Shown in pieces: positions 1 through 12,834 of a stretch of 64,000 bases of DNA. The number at the start of each line of letters is the position of its first letter. The stretch's first letter is position 1. Position numbers and translations under genes: made by a program. Origin of the DNA: Felis catus (lineage: Eukaryota); the NCBI RefSeq assembly GCF_018350175.1, contig NC_058383.1:8310001-8374000 (forward strand). The letters run 5' to 3'. The notes under the pieces are model-generated. The model saw only the letters and a list, made by a program, of their open reading frames with translations, was not told the DNA's origin and did not search any database.

Positions 1-504
1 ATGTTCTCTCTTCCCTCCCCCGCCACCGCCCCGCCTTTAACAGAGTCGCAGCCCCTCGGCCCTGGGCTGGTGGAAGGGGAGGGGAGAGCTCCAGCTTTGC
101 CGGCCAGCCAGCACACCGGCCCCTCGACATCCTGTGCAGAGTATGGAGAAGTGCGTGGTGGTAACATGAGGCCTGAGGCCCCTTCCCATGTAACCGGAAA
201 CCCGTGGACAGAGTGTGGTGGATTTACACGCAGGACACGCAGAACGGAGACCGGAATCTCACCTCCCCGAGGGCTCCCACGTGGCCTCCCGGAGTGCGAG
301 CATGAGCCAGGCCAGCTGGCTCAGGGCAGGGGCACCGTGCGGCACCACACAGGGGCGCTGGCTTTCCGCCCAGCTGACCACCCTCCTCCTTCCCGTTGTC
401 ATGTTTTGCCGGCGGTGGCTCCATTTTCCAGCTAGAGCTCCCAGCACTGGGATCCGGGCGTGGCTGGTGAATCCTTCTCTGTACCCCTTGCCTGCCAGGA
501 CGTT

Positions 505-735
505 GGAAAGACCAAGGACTTCAACCCGGGCGAAGGGTTGAAATCCCGCTTCCCCGTACCTGTTCTGTAGGCAAGTCACTTCCTCTGTCTGAACCTCAGT
601 GTCCTCCTCTGTGAAGTGGGCACGGTGTGTACTGTCTCGTGTTGTACATCAAATGAAGTGAATAACAAGTACCTGGTGTGACGACAGTCCGTGGCACACA
701 GTAGGTCCTTAACGCGTGGTTCTCGTGACTGTTAA
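505..735 (+). mobile_element. MIR SINE remnant
   Basis: Core ggcaagtcacttcctctgtctgaacctcagtgtcctcctctgtgaagtggg and tail tggcacacagtagg. Confidence 0.7.
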
Positions 736-866
736 TTTGCTCCTTACTTGCCCCGTGCTAAGCACAATGGTATTGGAAACACACATTGACTGATTTTGGT
801 GTCTTCCTTTCTAGAATATGGATGCTTAGGACCAAAATGAATTGTAAAACTGAGGTTATGTCCTGG

Positions 867-867
<1 letters not shown>

Positions 868-924
<57 letters not shown>

Positions 925-951
925 CAGAGAGACAGAGAGACAGAGAGACAG
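868..951. repeat. Compound microsatellite (TG)n(AG)n
   Basis: Directly visible. Confidence 0.95.
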
Positions 952-1784
952 AAGATATAGTTTATCTCTACTTTTTTTTTTTTTTTTTGATCATGACTAG
1001 GGTGTGAGTACCACATAGGACTTAGGCCCCTAGGTTCAGGGGGCACGAGGGGCCACAAAAGTGGGCTATCCCTGGCTTCTGGTGAGCCTGAGCAGCCCTG
1101 ACTGGCAGAGGGCATCAGGAGCCCCGGGCCCGAGGGCCAAGGTGAGTGACCTTGCCTGCGAAGGTTCTCTCGGGGATTTGAAGCTGGGGTCAGACTCCCC
1201 TTTGAGGCGGCCGATCAGCACCAGAGATGCTGTGAGTGGGATCTGGGGGGCGGCAGGTGGTAGGGACAGAGCCTGGGGCGGGTGTGAGGCCAAAAGTCGC
1301 GGCTGTTTCCGCCCGCATAAGTCCCTTACCTGTTGGCTTCTCCTCTGGAAATGGGGTTCTAGTAACGTTTCTGCTGGAGAGGGGTGCCTTTGTGGTGTGC
1401 AAGCCCGCGGCTCGCGCTCCCCTCAGCGGGGCTCCCGGCTGCCTCAGAGCAAGGCCGTGTAACGACCCTGAGCTCTGGTTATTGTAAACTTGCCGCAGAA
1501 GGAGGCACACCTTCCCATGATGTCATGTCTAGACGCCCGGGTCAGGTATAAATTATGGAGACAAAGTAGCATGTTCAGTGGTTAACTGTAAAACTTTAAC
1601 GAGAGGTTTCTGTGGCTCGAACATGTGTGGGGAAGGCTGTTCTGGGAGGAGGAGGAGAGGTGGCTCACTTCGTGTTTCACTTCCTCTCCGGCCGTCTGCA
1701 GGCCGTGAGGCAAGGCCCTTAAGCCTCAGCAGAGACCCTGGTCTCGGGTGGCCACTTCCTCCAGAGCGGGAGCTCCGCCCTGCT

Positions 1785-1855
1785 GAGCCGGGTGGACCTT
1801 GGGCAGGTCACAGCCTCACAGGGCCTCAGTGTCTTTATCTGTAAAATGGGGGCAG
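1785..1855 (+). mobile_element. MIR core fragment
   Basis: gaccttgggcaggtcac...gggcctcagtgtctttatctgtaaaatgggg. Confidence 0.7.
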
Positions 1856-2164
1856 GGGATAGAATCTTCCAGCACAAATATCTCCACGCCCCGATCCTCT
1901 ACGACCTGGCAGAGGAGATCAGTAGACACGCACGTCGAGCAGAAGGAATGCCTTTCTGGGTTTCAGACCTACCTCCTGGGGCTGTGGGGCTGTGGAATGT
2001 GGCAAGACAGAGGACGGCTTCATGGGCTGTGAGGAGCCGTGCCGACGGTGAGGGGCCTGTCCTGGAAATTCTGGAGTCTCTTCTGGAAAGGGCCGGCAGC
2101 TAAGCCAGCCCCAGTGGAGGGGACATCTTTGGGGAAAAGGAGGTGGACACTGTCCTGGTGTGTC

Positions 2165-2907
2165 TTTCTGACACCAGAGACGCTGTTCCCACACTGATTC
2201 TCCGATTCTCTGACACCAGCTGGTGAGTCCAGCCCTTTGGTTCGGTTCTGACACTGATTACCTGGTACCAGCACAGACCCCTCGAGGGAAAGGGCCACAG
2301 GACTGCCCCCCACTTCGGATGCCAGCTACGAACAGGTTCCCCAGGCTTCCCCACACTTCTGCCACCCTGCTGACTACAAGTTCATAGGTTCCCACGAAAC
2401 CCCCCTCAAGGTTTATGATTCACTAGACTGACTCCTTCAACTCAAGAGAGTAATTATGCCTGTGGTTTTATCAGAAGGGATGCACTCAGGGACAGCCAAA
2501 TGGAATGGGGCCAAGGATGGGGGAAGGGGCGCAGAACTCCCGGGCCCTCTCTGGGCGCACCACCCTCCCAGCACACCGTTGTGTCCGCCGGCCCGGAAGC
2601 CCCTGAGCCCCGTTGTTATCGAGTTCCATCACCCAGGCACGATGGATGACATCATTGGCCAGGAGTGATTGAATCAATCTCTGAACGGAAAGTGCCAACC
2701 CCCTCATCACGTGGCTGGTTCCTCTGGGGACCGGCCCCCATCCTGAAGCCACTTAGGGCCCCACCAAGAGTCACCTCGTGAGCTTGAACCCAGGTGCGGG
2801 CTCGTTCTGAGTAATAAAAGATGCTCAGTCTCTCAGGAAATTCCGAGAGTTTGAGGGGCTCTGTGCTAGGAACTGGGGATCCGATATAGATATTTTGTTA
2901 TACCACA
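2165..2907 (-). mobile_element. Solo LTR, MER21-like (ERVL class)
   Basis: Minus strand begins TGTGGTATAACAAAATATCTATATC...CCCCAGTTCCTAGCACAGAGCCCCTCAAACTCTCGGAATTTCCTGAG, resembling the recalled MER21 5' end, and ends with repeated CTGGTGTCAGA motifs. Confidence 0.75.
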
Positions 2908-3461
2908 GACACAAAGGCCCTCCGAGCTGGGGTTGGATGCCGTGGAGTATGCTGAAGATGCCCACCTTGGGGCCTTAGGCTTGAGCCACGAGGAGCTCTG
3001 TGATCCCAGTATCTGTGGGTCGGGCTGTGCTCCCGACGCCACAGGAAGATGACCCCCGGGAGACCACAGAGCAGCTGGGATGAAGACGTCCCTTCCCTCG
3101 GCCAACCGTTCCACCACCACATCGCATTTACGGGGTGCCCACGTGCTCGAAGGAGCCCAGAAACACTGCAGCCTGTGGCGCAAAGCCTCGCTGTCCCAAC
3201 TGGAGTGTCTGGGCCCCGCTGGTCCCTCAGGTTGTGGAGATAGCGCATTTGGCCCCGGGTCCCCTGTTCCCACAAGAACCTCCTAAATGTTCTTCACGAC
3301 CAAGCCGTTGCCTGGGGCTTTCCTCAAGAAGGGCTGCATTTCCTGACGTGGAGGTGGAATGTTCCAGAATCCCCGGTGCCTTGCTCTGCTTAGTTATTTG
3401 TTGCCTGGGCCTCTCACTCAATGCTTCTCTCACTGGCTTGGGATTTTCTTCTTCTTTTTCT

Positions 3462-3694
3462 TTTTTTTTTTTTTTTTTTAATTTTTTTTTTCAACGTTTA
3501 TTTATTTTTGGGACAGAGAGAGACAGAGCATGAACGGGGGAGGGGCAGAGAGAGAGGGAGACACAGAATCGGAAACAGGCTCCAGGCTCTGAGCCATCAG
3601 CCCAGAGCCTGACTCGGGGCTCGAACTCACGGACCGCGAGATCGTGACCTGGCTGAAGTCGGACGCTTAACTGACTGCGCCACCCAGGCGCCCC
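3462..3694 (-). mobile_element. CanSINE, young SINEC_Fc-type
   Basis: Minus strand GGGGCGCCTGGGTGGCGCAGTCAGTTAAGCGTCCGACTTCAGCCAGGTCACGATCTCGCGGTCC, then (CT)n and poly-A. Confidence 0.95.
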
Positions 3695-3849
3695 TCTTCT
3701 TTTTTTTTTCTTAATTGCCTACGTGTGTATCTTCTCAACTAGTCCATCAGCTGCCCGAGAGTTGGAACTTTCTCTGTCGCGTTTTGGTCTGCAAGGACCA
3801 CCCCCCCCCACCAGAGGAGGGGAAAAAATGGGGGTTCGGAGCCTCCAGA

Positions 3850-4035
3850 CCTATAGGCAAATCTGACCTCTCCATCAGCTATGAAATTTTGGACAAGCAA
3901 ATGATTTCCGTGAGCCTCAATTTCCCCCGTCAATGAAATGGGAATATTAACGCTTACTCTGCATGGGGTGTTGGGAAGTCTGGGGGCTTCTGGAAAGTGC
4001 CCGACTCAGTGTCTAGCACCTGGTGAGCACCCAGG
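3850..4035 (+). mobile_element. MIR remnant
   Basis: gagcctcaatttccccgtcaatgaaatgggaat...gtgtctagcacctggtgagcac. Confidence 0.6.
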
Positions 4036-4468
4036 GCATTACATGATTAGATGAAGATCGATGGCATAGTCAGTGACCAGACTGGGTCCTGGACCAGAAA
4101 CCAGGTATAGCCTTTCTGGATCGCCTTGTATCGCCTTATCTCACTCACTAGGGGAGGGTATGGGTGAATAATTGATTAGAATGTGGGGTTGCTGCGGCCG
4201 ACACTGGGATTGGGCCCGGGCGTGATGAGAAGCAGGTGGAAGCTGGTTGGTTTCGCAGCAGGATAGTCTCCATCCAGAGACCAAGGGCAAAGGGCGGATT
4301 TGGGGGCCATTTGGTCACAGGGTGGGTCAGGGAGCAGGGGCGTGTCTGTGTGTGTATCTTCTGCGTTGTGAGTATCTGTGTTGTGTCTGTGATGTGTGTG
4401 CATACAGCACTGAGTGGGGGTTGTGTATATCATTCATGTATTTTTTTTTTCAGATTTTTTATTAAAAT

Positions 4469-4681
4469 ATTTTTTTTCAACATTTATTCATTTTTGAGAG
4501 ACAGAGAGAGACAGAGCATGAACAGGGGAGGGTCAGAGAGGGGGAGACACAGAATCCGAAGCAGGCTCCAGGCTCCGAGCTGTCAGCACGGAGCCCAACA
4601 CGGGGCTCGAACTCACGAGCCGCGAGATCATGACCTGAGCTGAAGTCGGACGCTTAACTGACTGAGCCACCCGGGCGCCCC
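4469..4681 (-). mobile_element. CanSINE, apparently inserted in the tail of the adjacent copy
   Basis: Full head, body and tail. Confidence 0.93.
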
Positions 4682-4687
4682 TAAGAT

Positions 4688-4880
4688 CTTTTAAAATGTT
4701 TATTGATTTTTGAGAGAGAGAGAACGCAAGTGGGGTCAGGGCAGGAGGCGCGGACAGAGGATCTGAAGCGGGCTTTGTGCTGACAGCAGAGATCCTGATG
4801 CGGGGCTCGAACCCACAAATCACGAGATCATGACCTGAGCTGAAGTCGGACGCTTCGTCACTGGGGCCACCCAGGCACTG
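4688..4880 (-). mobile_element. CanSINE (older)
   Basis: cgagatcatgacctgagctgaagtcgga...gccacccaggc. Confidence 0.9.
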
Positions 4881-4884
4881 CCGT

Positions 4885-5100
4885 TGTTTGTGTATTTGTA
4901 ATATGAGTGTGTGTGCACGTGCGTGTGTGCGGATGTATCGTCTGTGTGACGGGTGTGCATGATGGAGGGGGTGTATGTTGGCATGTGGATCGTATGGTGT
5001 TGTGTGTCAGTGTGATATATATGAATTATGTGTGCAGTGTTTGTGCCTGTGTGTTTGTGTGTGCGGTTTATATACACGTGTGGTACGTGTAGATGAGTGC
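4885..5100. repeat. Degenerate TG-rich low-complexity tract
   Basis: Imperfect (TG)n. Confidence 0.8.
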
Positions 5101-5299
5101 GTAGTGAGCCCTCGGTGACGTTCTCTCGGGCTGGTGAGATTCTCCTGAGATAGTATGTCCGTGGAAGTTCGTATGTGGAAGTTGGACATCTGGCCACCTG
5201 CCTTCTGGAAGCCGAGTGGGAGGGGGGCACTGAGTAGTGGGGAGCGTCGTGACCGCATTTAACCTGTGCAAGCGTACGAACTTGCACTTAACCTGTTGT

Positions 5300-5750
5300 T
5301 TTTCGCTGTGGTTCTCTCTGTGGTCCCTGCTGTCCTTCCATCATGACATCCCTCATTTTCCCTCCCTGGAGGGTAAGTCTCCGATTTTCTGCCTGAGCAG
5401 GCGGGCAGACCCAGACACCCTCCTCCTTACAGACTTTGAACTTGTCCTGTTTTTAGCTCCCTTCTTGAATCTTCCCTGCTACCGTTGAGGGGAGGGGCGT
5501 TCTGCAGCCACGAAAGAGCTTCCCGCTGCCGTCCCTGCCACTGACGCTGACGTGGGACTCTTGGGTCAGCGAGTCAGCTCCCATTCATCCATTTGTTTCC
5601 GCAGTTTCTGTATTTCCGCCTCCTGGTGACTCCCTTCTGTTTTCTTTATCCTTGTCGGTGTATGGCTTTAAAAACCCCAACTCACTCTGTCACTTCAGTG
5701 GGGAGGTTTCAGGAGAGTGTGGTGGCAAACGTGTACCTGTCTGTGCCAGA
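5300..5750 (-). mobile_element. Ancient L1-related (HAL1/L1M-like) 5' region remnant
   Basis: ctgtcacttcagtggggaggtttcaggagagtgtggtggcaaacgtgt resembles the reverse of the recalled HAL1 5' end. Confidence 0.4.
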
Positions 5751-5867
5751 AACAGGTGAGCTGGGGGATGTGTCATGTCCCTCTGCGGGGGTAGGTCACA
5801 GCACAGGGCACTTTGGCTCCGCAACACTTAGTACTTCTTACCATCATAATGGTCAAATTAATTTCCC

Positions 5868-5891
5868 CTTTTAAAGTTTATTTATTTATTT

Positions 5892-5931
<40 letters not shown>

Positions 5932-6097
5932 TGCACACGTGTGCATTCGAGCGGGGTGGGGGCAGAGAGAGAGGGAGAAAGAAAATCCCAAGCAGGCTCC
6001 CTGCTGTTAGTGCAGAGCCCTCCATGGGGCTCGAACTCATGACCTGAGCCAAAATCAAGAGTCATATGCTTAACCAACTAAGCCACCCAGGCGCCCC
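5868..6097 (-). mobile_element. CanSINE with a small internal deletion
   Basis: Consensus head and tail; flanking TSD-like tcaaattaa. Confidence 0.9.
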
Positions 6098-6282
6098 TCA
6101 AATTAAACTCTTAATTTAAAAAATTTATATAGGGAATATTTCAAACTTAATGGAAAGTACATTAAACACCCCATAAGATACTTATGTACCCATCACTGAG
6201 ATTAAACAACATTATGCCATATGTGCTTTGGGGCAGTTTTTTTTCTTTAACTTTTTATTTAAAAATAGTTCAGGACCATGTA

Positions 6283-6553
6283 TTTTTTTGTTTTTTTTTT
6301 AAATGTTTATTTCTTTATTTACTTATTTATTTTACTTATTTATTTACTTATTTATTTACTTATTTATTTACTTATTTATTTTAAAAGAGAGAGAGAGAGT
6401 GGGGTAGGGGCAGAGGTGGGGGGGGGCAGGGGATCTGAAGCAGGCTCTGTGCTGACAGCAGTGAGCCCAACCTGGGGCTCCTGCTCACGAACTGTGAGAT
6501 CATGACCTGAGCCAAAGTTGGATGCTTAACTGACTGAGCCACCCAGGTGCCCC
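6283..6553 (-). mobile_element. CanSINE with tail expanded into (TTTA/TTAC)n
   Basis: Consensus body; repeated tatttatttact units at 6313-6381. Confidence 0.9.
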
Positions 6554-6619
6554 AGAACAGTGTATTTTAAAGACCTAAAATATCACAGGTATAGCTAAAG
6601 TCAGGGACAGCAAAGCTGT

Positions 6620-7600
6620 AATATATTATACAAGTTATTAAATGTATTCATTTATGTCTATAAATAATATATACAACTATGTGTTTGAAATTTTGTAGAC
6701 ACCATATTCTGCTGAATCCATCCTTTTACAGTTTGCTTTTTGACTTAAAGTATTTGTGAGATCTATTCCTATTGACTCTTTAACCTCTAGCTCGTCTATT
6801 TTAACTGCTTTACAGTGTTCACCAGCATGAATATACTACAGTTTTATTTATCGCACCCGTTCCGAAAGACATATTGTTTCTACTTTTTCACAGTTATGAG
6901 CAGAGCTGTAGGGAATACCCTAAGACCGTTGTGCACATGAGCAAATACTTGCCCAGACGGAGAAGGTTTATCTTTAACTTTTCTAGAATTTGTCAAAATG
7001 CTCTCCAAACTCATTGTTCCAAAGTTGGCTCTACCCGTAGTGCACACAAGTTCCCCATTGCTCTCTATCCTAGCCAATATGTAGTGTTACCAGCCATGAC
7101 TTTTTGTACCTAATGGATGAAAAATTGTATATCATTTTGAGGATTTGAAGTCCTCTAATATGTCTGAGTTTCAGCTCCTTTCAGTTGTCGTTTGTTCAAA
7201 AATCACTGTATCCAGCAGTGATACTTGAACAATAGTTCAGTTGGGTATAAAATTCTAGGTTGACAGTTATTTTCCCTCTGTACTTTGGAGACACTATTGC
7301 ATTATCTTCTGCCCTCTATTGTTGCTGTTGAGAGATCCACTGAAGATGTTTTGGAGATAATTCAACTTTTTTCTTTGGTTAGTTGTGTGATTTTGTCTGC
7401 CTTTCATGTTCTACAGATTATTGTGGCTTGTCTAGATATGAATAGATTTACTTCTCTGGCTGGGACTCACTGTGATGCTTGACTCTTTGAATTGATATAT
7501 GAAGATCTATGTTTTCAAATCAATTCCAGAAAACCCCAAGCCATTATCTCTTCAAATGTTGCCTTTTTACCATTTTGTTTATTCTTTGTAGACAGAATCT
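6620..7600 (-). mobile_element. Old L1 (L1M-type) fragments
   Basis: AT-rich; motifs such as tgtcaaaatgctctccaaac, gttgggtataaaattctaggttgacagttattttc and gccattatctcttcaaat. Confidence 0.7.
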
Positions 7601-7606
7601 GCATCC

Positions 7607-7834
7607 TTTTTTTTTAATTATTTTTTTTATGTTTTTTATTTTTTATATTTGAGAGACAGAAAGAGAGAGCATGAGCAGGGGAGGGGCATACAGAGGGAGA
7701 CACAGAATCTGAAGCAGGCTCCAGGCTCCTAGCTGTCAGCACAGAGCCCGATGTGGGGCTTGAACTCACGAGCAGTGAGATCATGACCTGAGCCGAAGTC
7801 AGACACTTAAATGACTGAGCCACCCAGGCGCCCC
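7607..7834 (-). mobile_element. CanSINE nested in the tail of the next copy
   Basis: TSD-like catccttttt on both sides. Confidence 0.93.
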
Positions 7835-7841
7835 TCCATCC

Positions 7842-8049
7842 TTTTTAAAAAATGTTTATTTATTTTGAGAGAGGTAGCATGCAAGTGAGTGGGGGAGGGG
7901 CAGAGGGAGAGGGAAAGAGAGAATCCTAAGCAGGCTCCATGCTGTCAGCACAGAACTGGACGTGGAGCTCAAACTCACAAACCATGAAATCATGACCTGA
8001 GCCTAAATCAAGAGTCAGATGCCTAACTGACCGAGCCACCCAGGCACCC
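7842..8049 (-). mobile_element. CanSINE
   Basis: Consensus body and head. Confidence 0.92.
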
Positions 8050-8300
8050 TGAAAGAATCCACGTTCTGTTCTCCATGTCTCTAAACCACTCTTTCTATTT
8101 GTGTGTGTGTGTGTGTGTGTGTGTCCCACTTTTGCATTTAGGGTAATCTGGCTTTGTTTTTAATAATCTTATCCTCAGCAGTGTCCAATATGCCTCTTGA
8201 CCTGTCCGTTTAACTTTTATATTTTTAATTTCTATAAGTTATATTTACTTATTTTTCCATTTCTGTCCTATTTTCAACTCCTCCTCTTAACTCTTTAATG

Positions 8301-8538
8301 TTTTTTTTTTTTTTTTTTAATTTTTTTTTTTTTTTTTTCGTTTATTTATTTTTGGGACAGAGAGAGACAGAGCATGAACGGGGGAGGGGCAGAGAGAGAG
8401 GGAGACACAGAATCAGAAACAGGCTCCAGGCTCTGAGCCATCAGCCCAGAGCCCGACGCGGGGCTCGAACTCACGGACGGCGAGATCGTGACCTGGCCGA
8501 AGTCGGACGCTTAACCGACTGCGCCACCCAGGCGCCCC
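8301..8538 (-). mobile_element. CanSINE, young SINEC_Fc-type, perfect TSD
   Basis: TSD ttaactctttaatgtttt at 8287-8304 and 8539-8556; CpGs intact. Confidence 0.97.
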
Positions 8539-8698
8539 TTAACTCTTTAATGTTTTAAAGCAAACTTTCCTTATGTACATTTCCTATTTCCTCTCATATT
8601 GGAATTCTGTATTTTCAGGTTGTTGGGGTTCAGTCTTCCTCTGTCTTATTTGCTCTCTCACTCACGGCAGCTTATTTCCCTGTTTGTTTTGCAAGGTG

Positions 8699-8908
8699 TT
8701 TTTTTTTAAGTTTATGTATTTATTTTGAGAAAGAGATAGAGCATGATCAGGGAAAGGCAGAGAGAGGAGGGAGAGAGAGAATCCCAAGCAGGCTCTGAGC
8801 TCTCAGTGCCGAGCCAGACACGGGGCTCGAACTCATGAGTCGTGAGATCATGACCTGAGCTGAAATCCAGAGTTGGACACTTGTCTGACTGAGCCACCCA
8901 GGTGCCCC
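8699..8908 (-). mobile_element. CanSINE
   Basis: TSD-like tgttttgcaaggtgtt / tgttttacagggtgtt. Confidence 0.92.
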
Positions 8909-9076
8909 TGTTTTACAGGGTGTTTTGGTGCACTATCTTTGGTACAGCTTGTTTTCCTGAGAATCCCTTGTAGCCTGGATTGTGGAAGTGTTTTTCCACA
9001 AAGTTTTACGAGGCACTCCAGCAAATCATGAGGCAGGAATAGATTTTTATGTTAATTACTTGGTTTGTGGGTTTCT

Positions 9077-9139
9077 TTTTCCTTTTTTTTTTTTAATATT
9101 TATTTGTTTATTTTGAGAGAGAGAGAGAGCAGGGGAGGA

Positions 9140-9188
<49 letters not shown>

Positions 9189-9326
9189 GGAGGGAGAGAA
9201 TCCCAAGCAGGCCCTGCACTGCCAGCACAGAGCCTGACGCAGGGCTTGATCTCATGAACAGTGAGATCGTGAGCAGAGCCCAAACCAAGAGTCGGAAGCT
9301 TGACTCACTGAGCCGCCCAGGCGCCC
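9077..9326 (-). mobile_element. CanSINE with long (GA)n
   Basis: TSD tggtttgtgggtttct / tggtttgtgagtttct. Confidence 0.93.
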
Positions 9327-9789
9327 TGGTTTGTGAGTTTCTAAAGTTAATTCAGACCCCAGAACCACACAAGGCACGGGTCTGAGGTTTGGGTGTATCA
9401 GGAGAGATTTTCTCCATTGCCGAAGTGGGAATAATGTCGCCTTCCACAAAGGGTTATCAGGCCTAGGTAAGGAATTACGTAAATAATCTAGCCCCATGGT
9501 ACATACTCAGTAAATGCTAGCTGCAATGATTACATCGATCACATACGTGTTTTTTCTATTCATTGATATTTTTGTGTGGCCTAGCTGGAGCCCTTTGAAA
9601 ATAAAGTAGCTAATTTTTTTCATGCAAGCCATGATCTTTAATTGTGCCACATGTATCCTGAGAAGGAGATTGGGGGGGAGGGGAAGCAATAAAACTAAAA
9701 GTGAGTGTTCACAGGTTATACTAGTCATGCTAATACAGATTATCTTATGTCTTCACTATCGTTAAGCCCATGACCCGGGATGTTATAAC

Positions 9790-10090
9790 AGTCAAGGCGG
9801 ACAAGGTTACACTTTGGTAACAAAGAGCCCCAGCCCCAACAAAAGTTTCTTTCTTCCTCAAGCCGCCTGTCCAGCGCGGGTCAGCAGAGGGTCCAGCCCC
9901 AGGTGGACCGAAGTTCGGCCATCTTGCAGCTGCATTATCTGTCACAGGTAGGGGACTAGAAAGTTGTACTCAGACTTTTCACCACCTCAACCTCTCATAA
10001 CTTACTGGCCAAACTAATCGTGTGGCCAACTGGTCACCTCTAAAGGGTCAGGGAAATGTAGGGAAGAAAATGGGACATTGGGTGACTATG
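9790..10090 (-). mobile_element. Old MaLR LTR (MLT1-like) remnant
   Basis: ggttacactttggtaacaaa...caacaaaagtttctttcttcctca...tactggccaaactaatcgtgtggcc. Confidence 0.5.
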
Positions 10091-12834
10091 TCTGCCTTCT
10101 AATTAGCGACAAAGCCAAAATTTCAGTTCTACCTTCTGACTCTATCTATATTGAGTGTTTCTGAGAGCCAGAGACATGCAGGGAGGTGAGAGGAGCCTAG
10201 AGGTCAGCTCTGGGCACCTCGGTGTCAGGAGGCAATGCTGTCTGTCCACATGAGCCCCCAGGAGCAGGGCGGGCTGATCAGCCTTCCAGCTCACCTGTGT
10301 GAGCTGTTCGCCCTTGGGCTTCAGAGGCTGGTCACGGCGTGCCAACCACATGCATAGTTGGCCACACCTTCCAAAGTCAGGCATAGATCTGTGTGATAAG
10401 TGTGAGTTTGGATCCTTTGTGCCTTAACTGCAGGAGACACCAGGGCTCCCTTGGGACATACACTTGGGAGCTAATGGACCAGAAAGAACATGGTTCTCTT
10501 GGTTGACTTCCTTCTCTGTGCCGCTCTATAGCCTGTCCCGGCCTCTGTCCCCCAACCCGTGGCTGCCTTCAATGGCATGGCTGCTTTGGCCAGGATGCTG
10601 GCGTCTTCAGGTTCATTTCTGTGTCCCCAGTGTCCAAGATGGGGCTTTGCCCCAAAGAGGCCTCAGGAAAGGCTCCTCGGTGGGACAGAACGGCCTGTTC
10701 CGGCAGCCCCGAGAGCAGGTCACTACAAACCCGGGCTGTGGGGGGAGTGGATGGAGGAGGCTTGGAGTGAGCCCAGGCCTGGCCGCTGCATTCATGTGAC
10801 TTTGGGAGGCTCCGTCCTTTTTCCCAGCCTCCGACTCCCATCCCAGATGGTGGTGTATGGGGCCAAGTGATCTCAGCAGGTCTGAGATGTCTCTGGGAGT
10901 CTGGGATCCGTCTTTACCCTCCAGGCACGGCTGAACCTTGGGGAAGGGATGGGCAGGGATTGCTGGCCCCCTGGAGGAACCAGCTGAATTCTCGGTGCCA
11001 CAAGCCCTGTGGAGCCCGAGGCTGTCTGTGTCCTGCCCCATGAGGCCGGGTCTTGGGGTTCGCAGGCCAGACTCAGCAGAGACCTTGAGGAGGAAGGGGA
11101 CGCGGGGGTGGTGACTGAGCTGGGACTCCCCCTTCCCCCCAGACGGCTCTGCAGGGGGCAGGGGCTGGAGCCTGTCCCCACCAGCCAGTCCCCGCCCCTG
11201 CCACCGGCAGCTGTGGGGAAGGAAGGGACCCAGGCTGCATTTATAGAATTCCTGTCTGCAAAGGCCATGTAGTTGTTTTCGATTAGCATACAAATCGACA
11301 TTAGCGTAGAACATCTGTTGTTAATCCACGTCCCGGTGGAAGGGAGATGCCAACACGCCGTTTATTAGGCACATCGATCCCATAATGTCCTTTTTTGCTG
11401 CCTTTGTCTTCTATCAGAGTCCATAATGGGTTCCAGGATGTCTTTTATTTTGCTACAGACCACGTTTCCTCCTGCCTAACAGATCAGAACGTAATGGATT
11501 CCAGGATGTAATTTATGCTGTTTTGGAATCAGACTCTGTACTATTAATTCTGAAGCCTTCGGGCAATCTCCAGGGAGGCCGGAGCCCTGCGTTTGCCCCC
11601 GTGGTCCTCAGACAGGCACCGGGACCCCGAGCACAGTCCCGGGGCCAGAACGGGGAGGGGAGCCCAGGCCAGCAGCTCCCAGTTAAGGGAGTTCCAGGCG
11701 GGCGTGGGAGAAGAGCCCAGGGGTGCTGGAGGAGACAGGACACTTGAGGGGTGCAGGGCTGAGAGGCGGGGCACAGATGTTCTAAAAACCCAGAGAGAGG
11801 CAGAACCTCCCTGGGCTGCTTGTGGCTCCTGGACCGTAGATGATGAGCCTCTGGAGAAGAGCATCCGGGGGGACGAAGCCCCAGGGAGGTGCCTCGCGGA
11901 GGAGGCCAAGGCCACGTGAGCGAGGGCATTGCCGCTGGAGCCGCCAGGCGCCGCTGACTCAAGGTCGAGCGTGGTGACCTGAGTCCTCACGCACGGCTGA
12001 CCCTGGGACGGCCACTCCCCTTCTCTGAGGCTGGCATTCTCCGCCCAGAGTCGTCCCTGAGCCCCGGAGAGACACTAAGTGTTGCAGATCTCTATAAAGT
12101 CTGGAGAAGCCTGCAGACTTTGTCCCTGAGGGGGGAGCACTGTCCGATGCCCTGCCCAGCAGGCCCCTTGCTGGGGTGGGGCCCCCTCCTCCTGTTCGGG
12201 GAGCAGGTGAGCAGGGCTGCAGCCGGCGCATACACAGGGAGCCTTCGTGTGACTTAGAAAGGTGCCCAGGCCTGTGGGTCCCTGGGAGTTCTCTCCGATC
12301 GGGCCCTGCGGCGGGGCAGCACAGGGGTCTCTTCTGTGCCCTGTGCCTCGGGCCACAGTCCTCAGGCTCTGAGCCCACTGGGGCGCCGTGCAGGCGGATC
12401 TCAGCTAGTTGCTATCTGGGAAGCTGAGGAAGAAGTGTGAGCTGCTGGGCGGCCTCTACCCTGCTTACGTCCCATCTGGCTGTGGTCACTCAGTGCTGTC
12501 CTGCCGGGAGTCCCCTCCCTCCCCGGCGAGGCAGCTCCTTCCTCACCAGACAGCCTGGGTTGTGGTCCGAGCCCCCTCACCCCGTGTCGGCCCCGTGAGC
12601 TCCCCAGCTGCCCTCCTGCAGCCTGTCCTTAGGGCCTCCAGCCTGACTGCCCACCTTCCTCTGTGTGAGGGAAGCCCACACTTTGAAGCTGGGTCCGGAG
12701 GGCTTCTGGGCAGAAGAGAGCACTCCAGGGGCAGTCAGAGCCCTCCACCACCCTGGCCTTGGAGACCATGAAGCAAACCCACAGCGTCACTGCTGGGACT
12801 GTCGCAAGACCTTCTATGCTGCAGACTTAAAAAA

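Noticed and set aside
5605..5755. Possible cryptic exon (ttccgcag ... cag|gtgagc)
   Set aside because: Lies in probable old repeat sequence; such site pairs are frequent and nothing else supports it.
6313..6381. Regular 12-bp repeats (tatttatttact)
   Set aside because: SINE tail microsatellite with no unique spacers, so not CRISPR-like.
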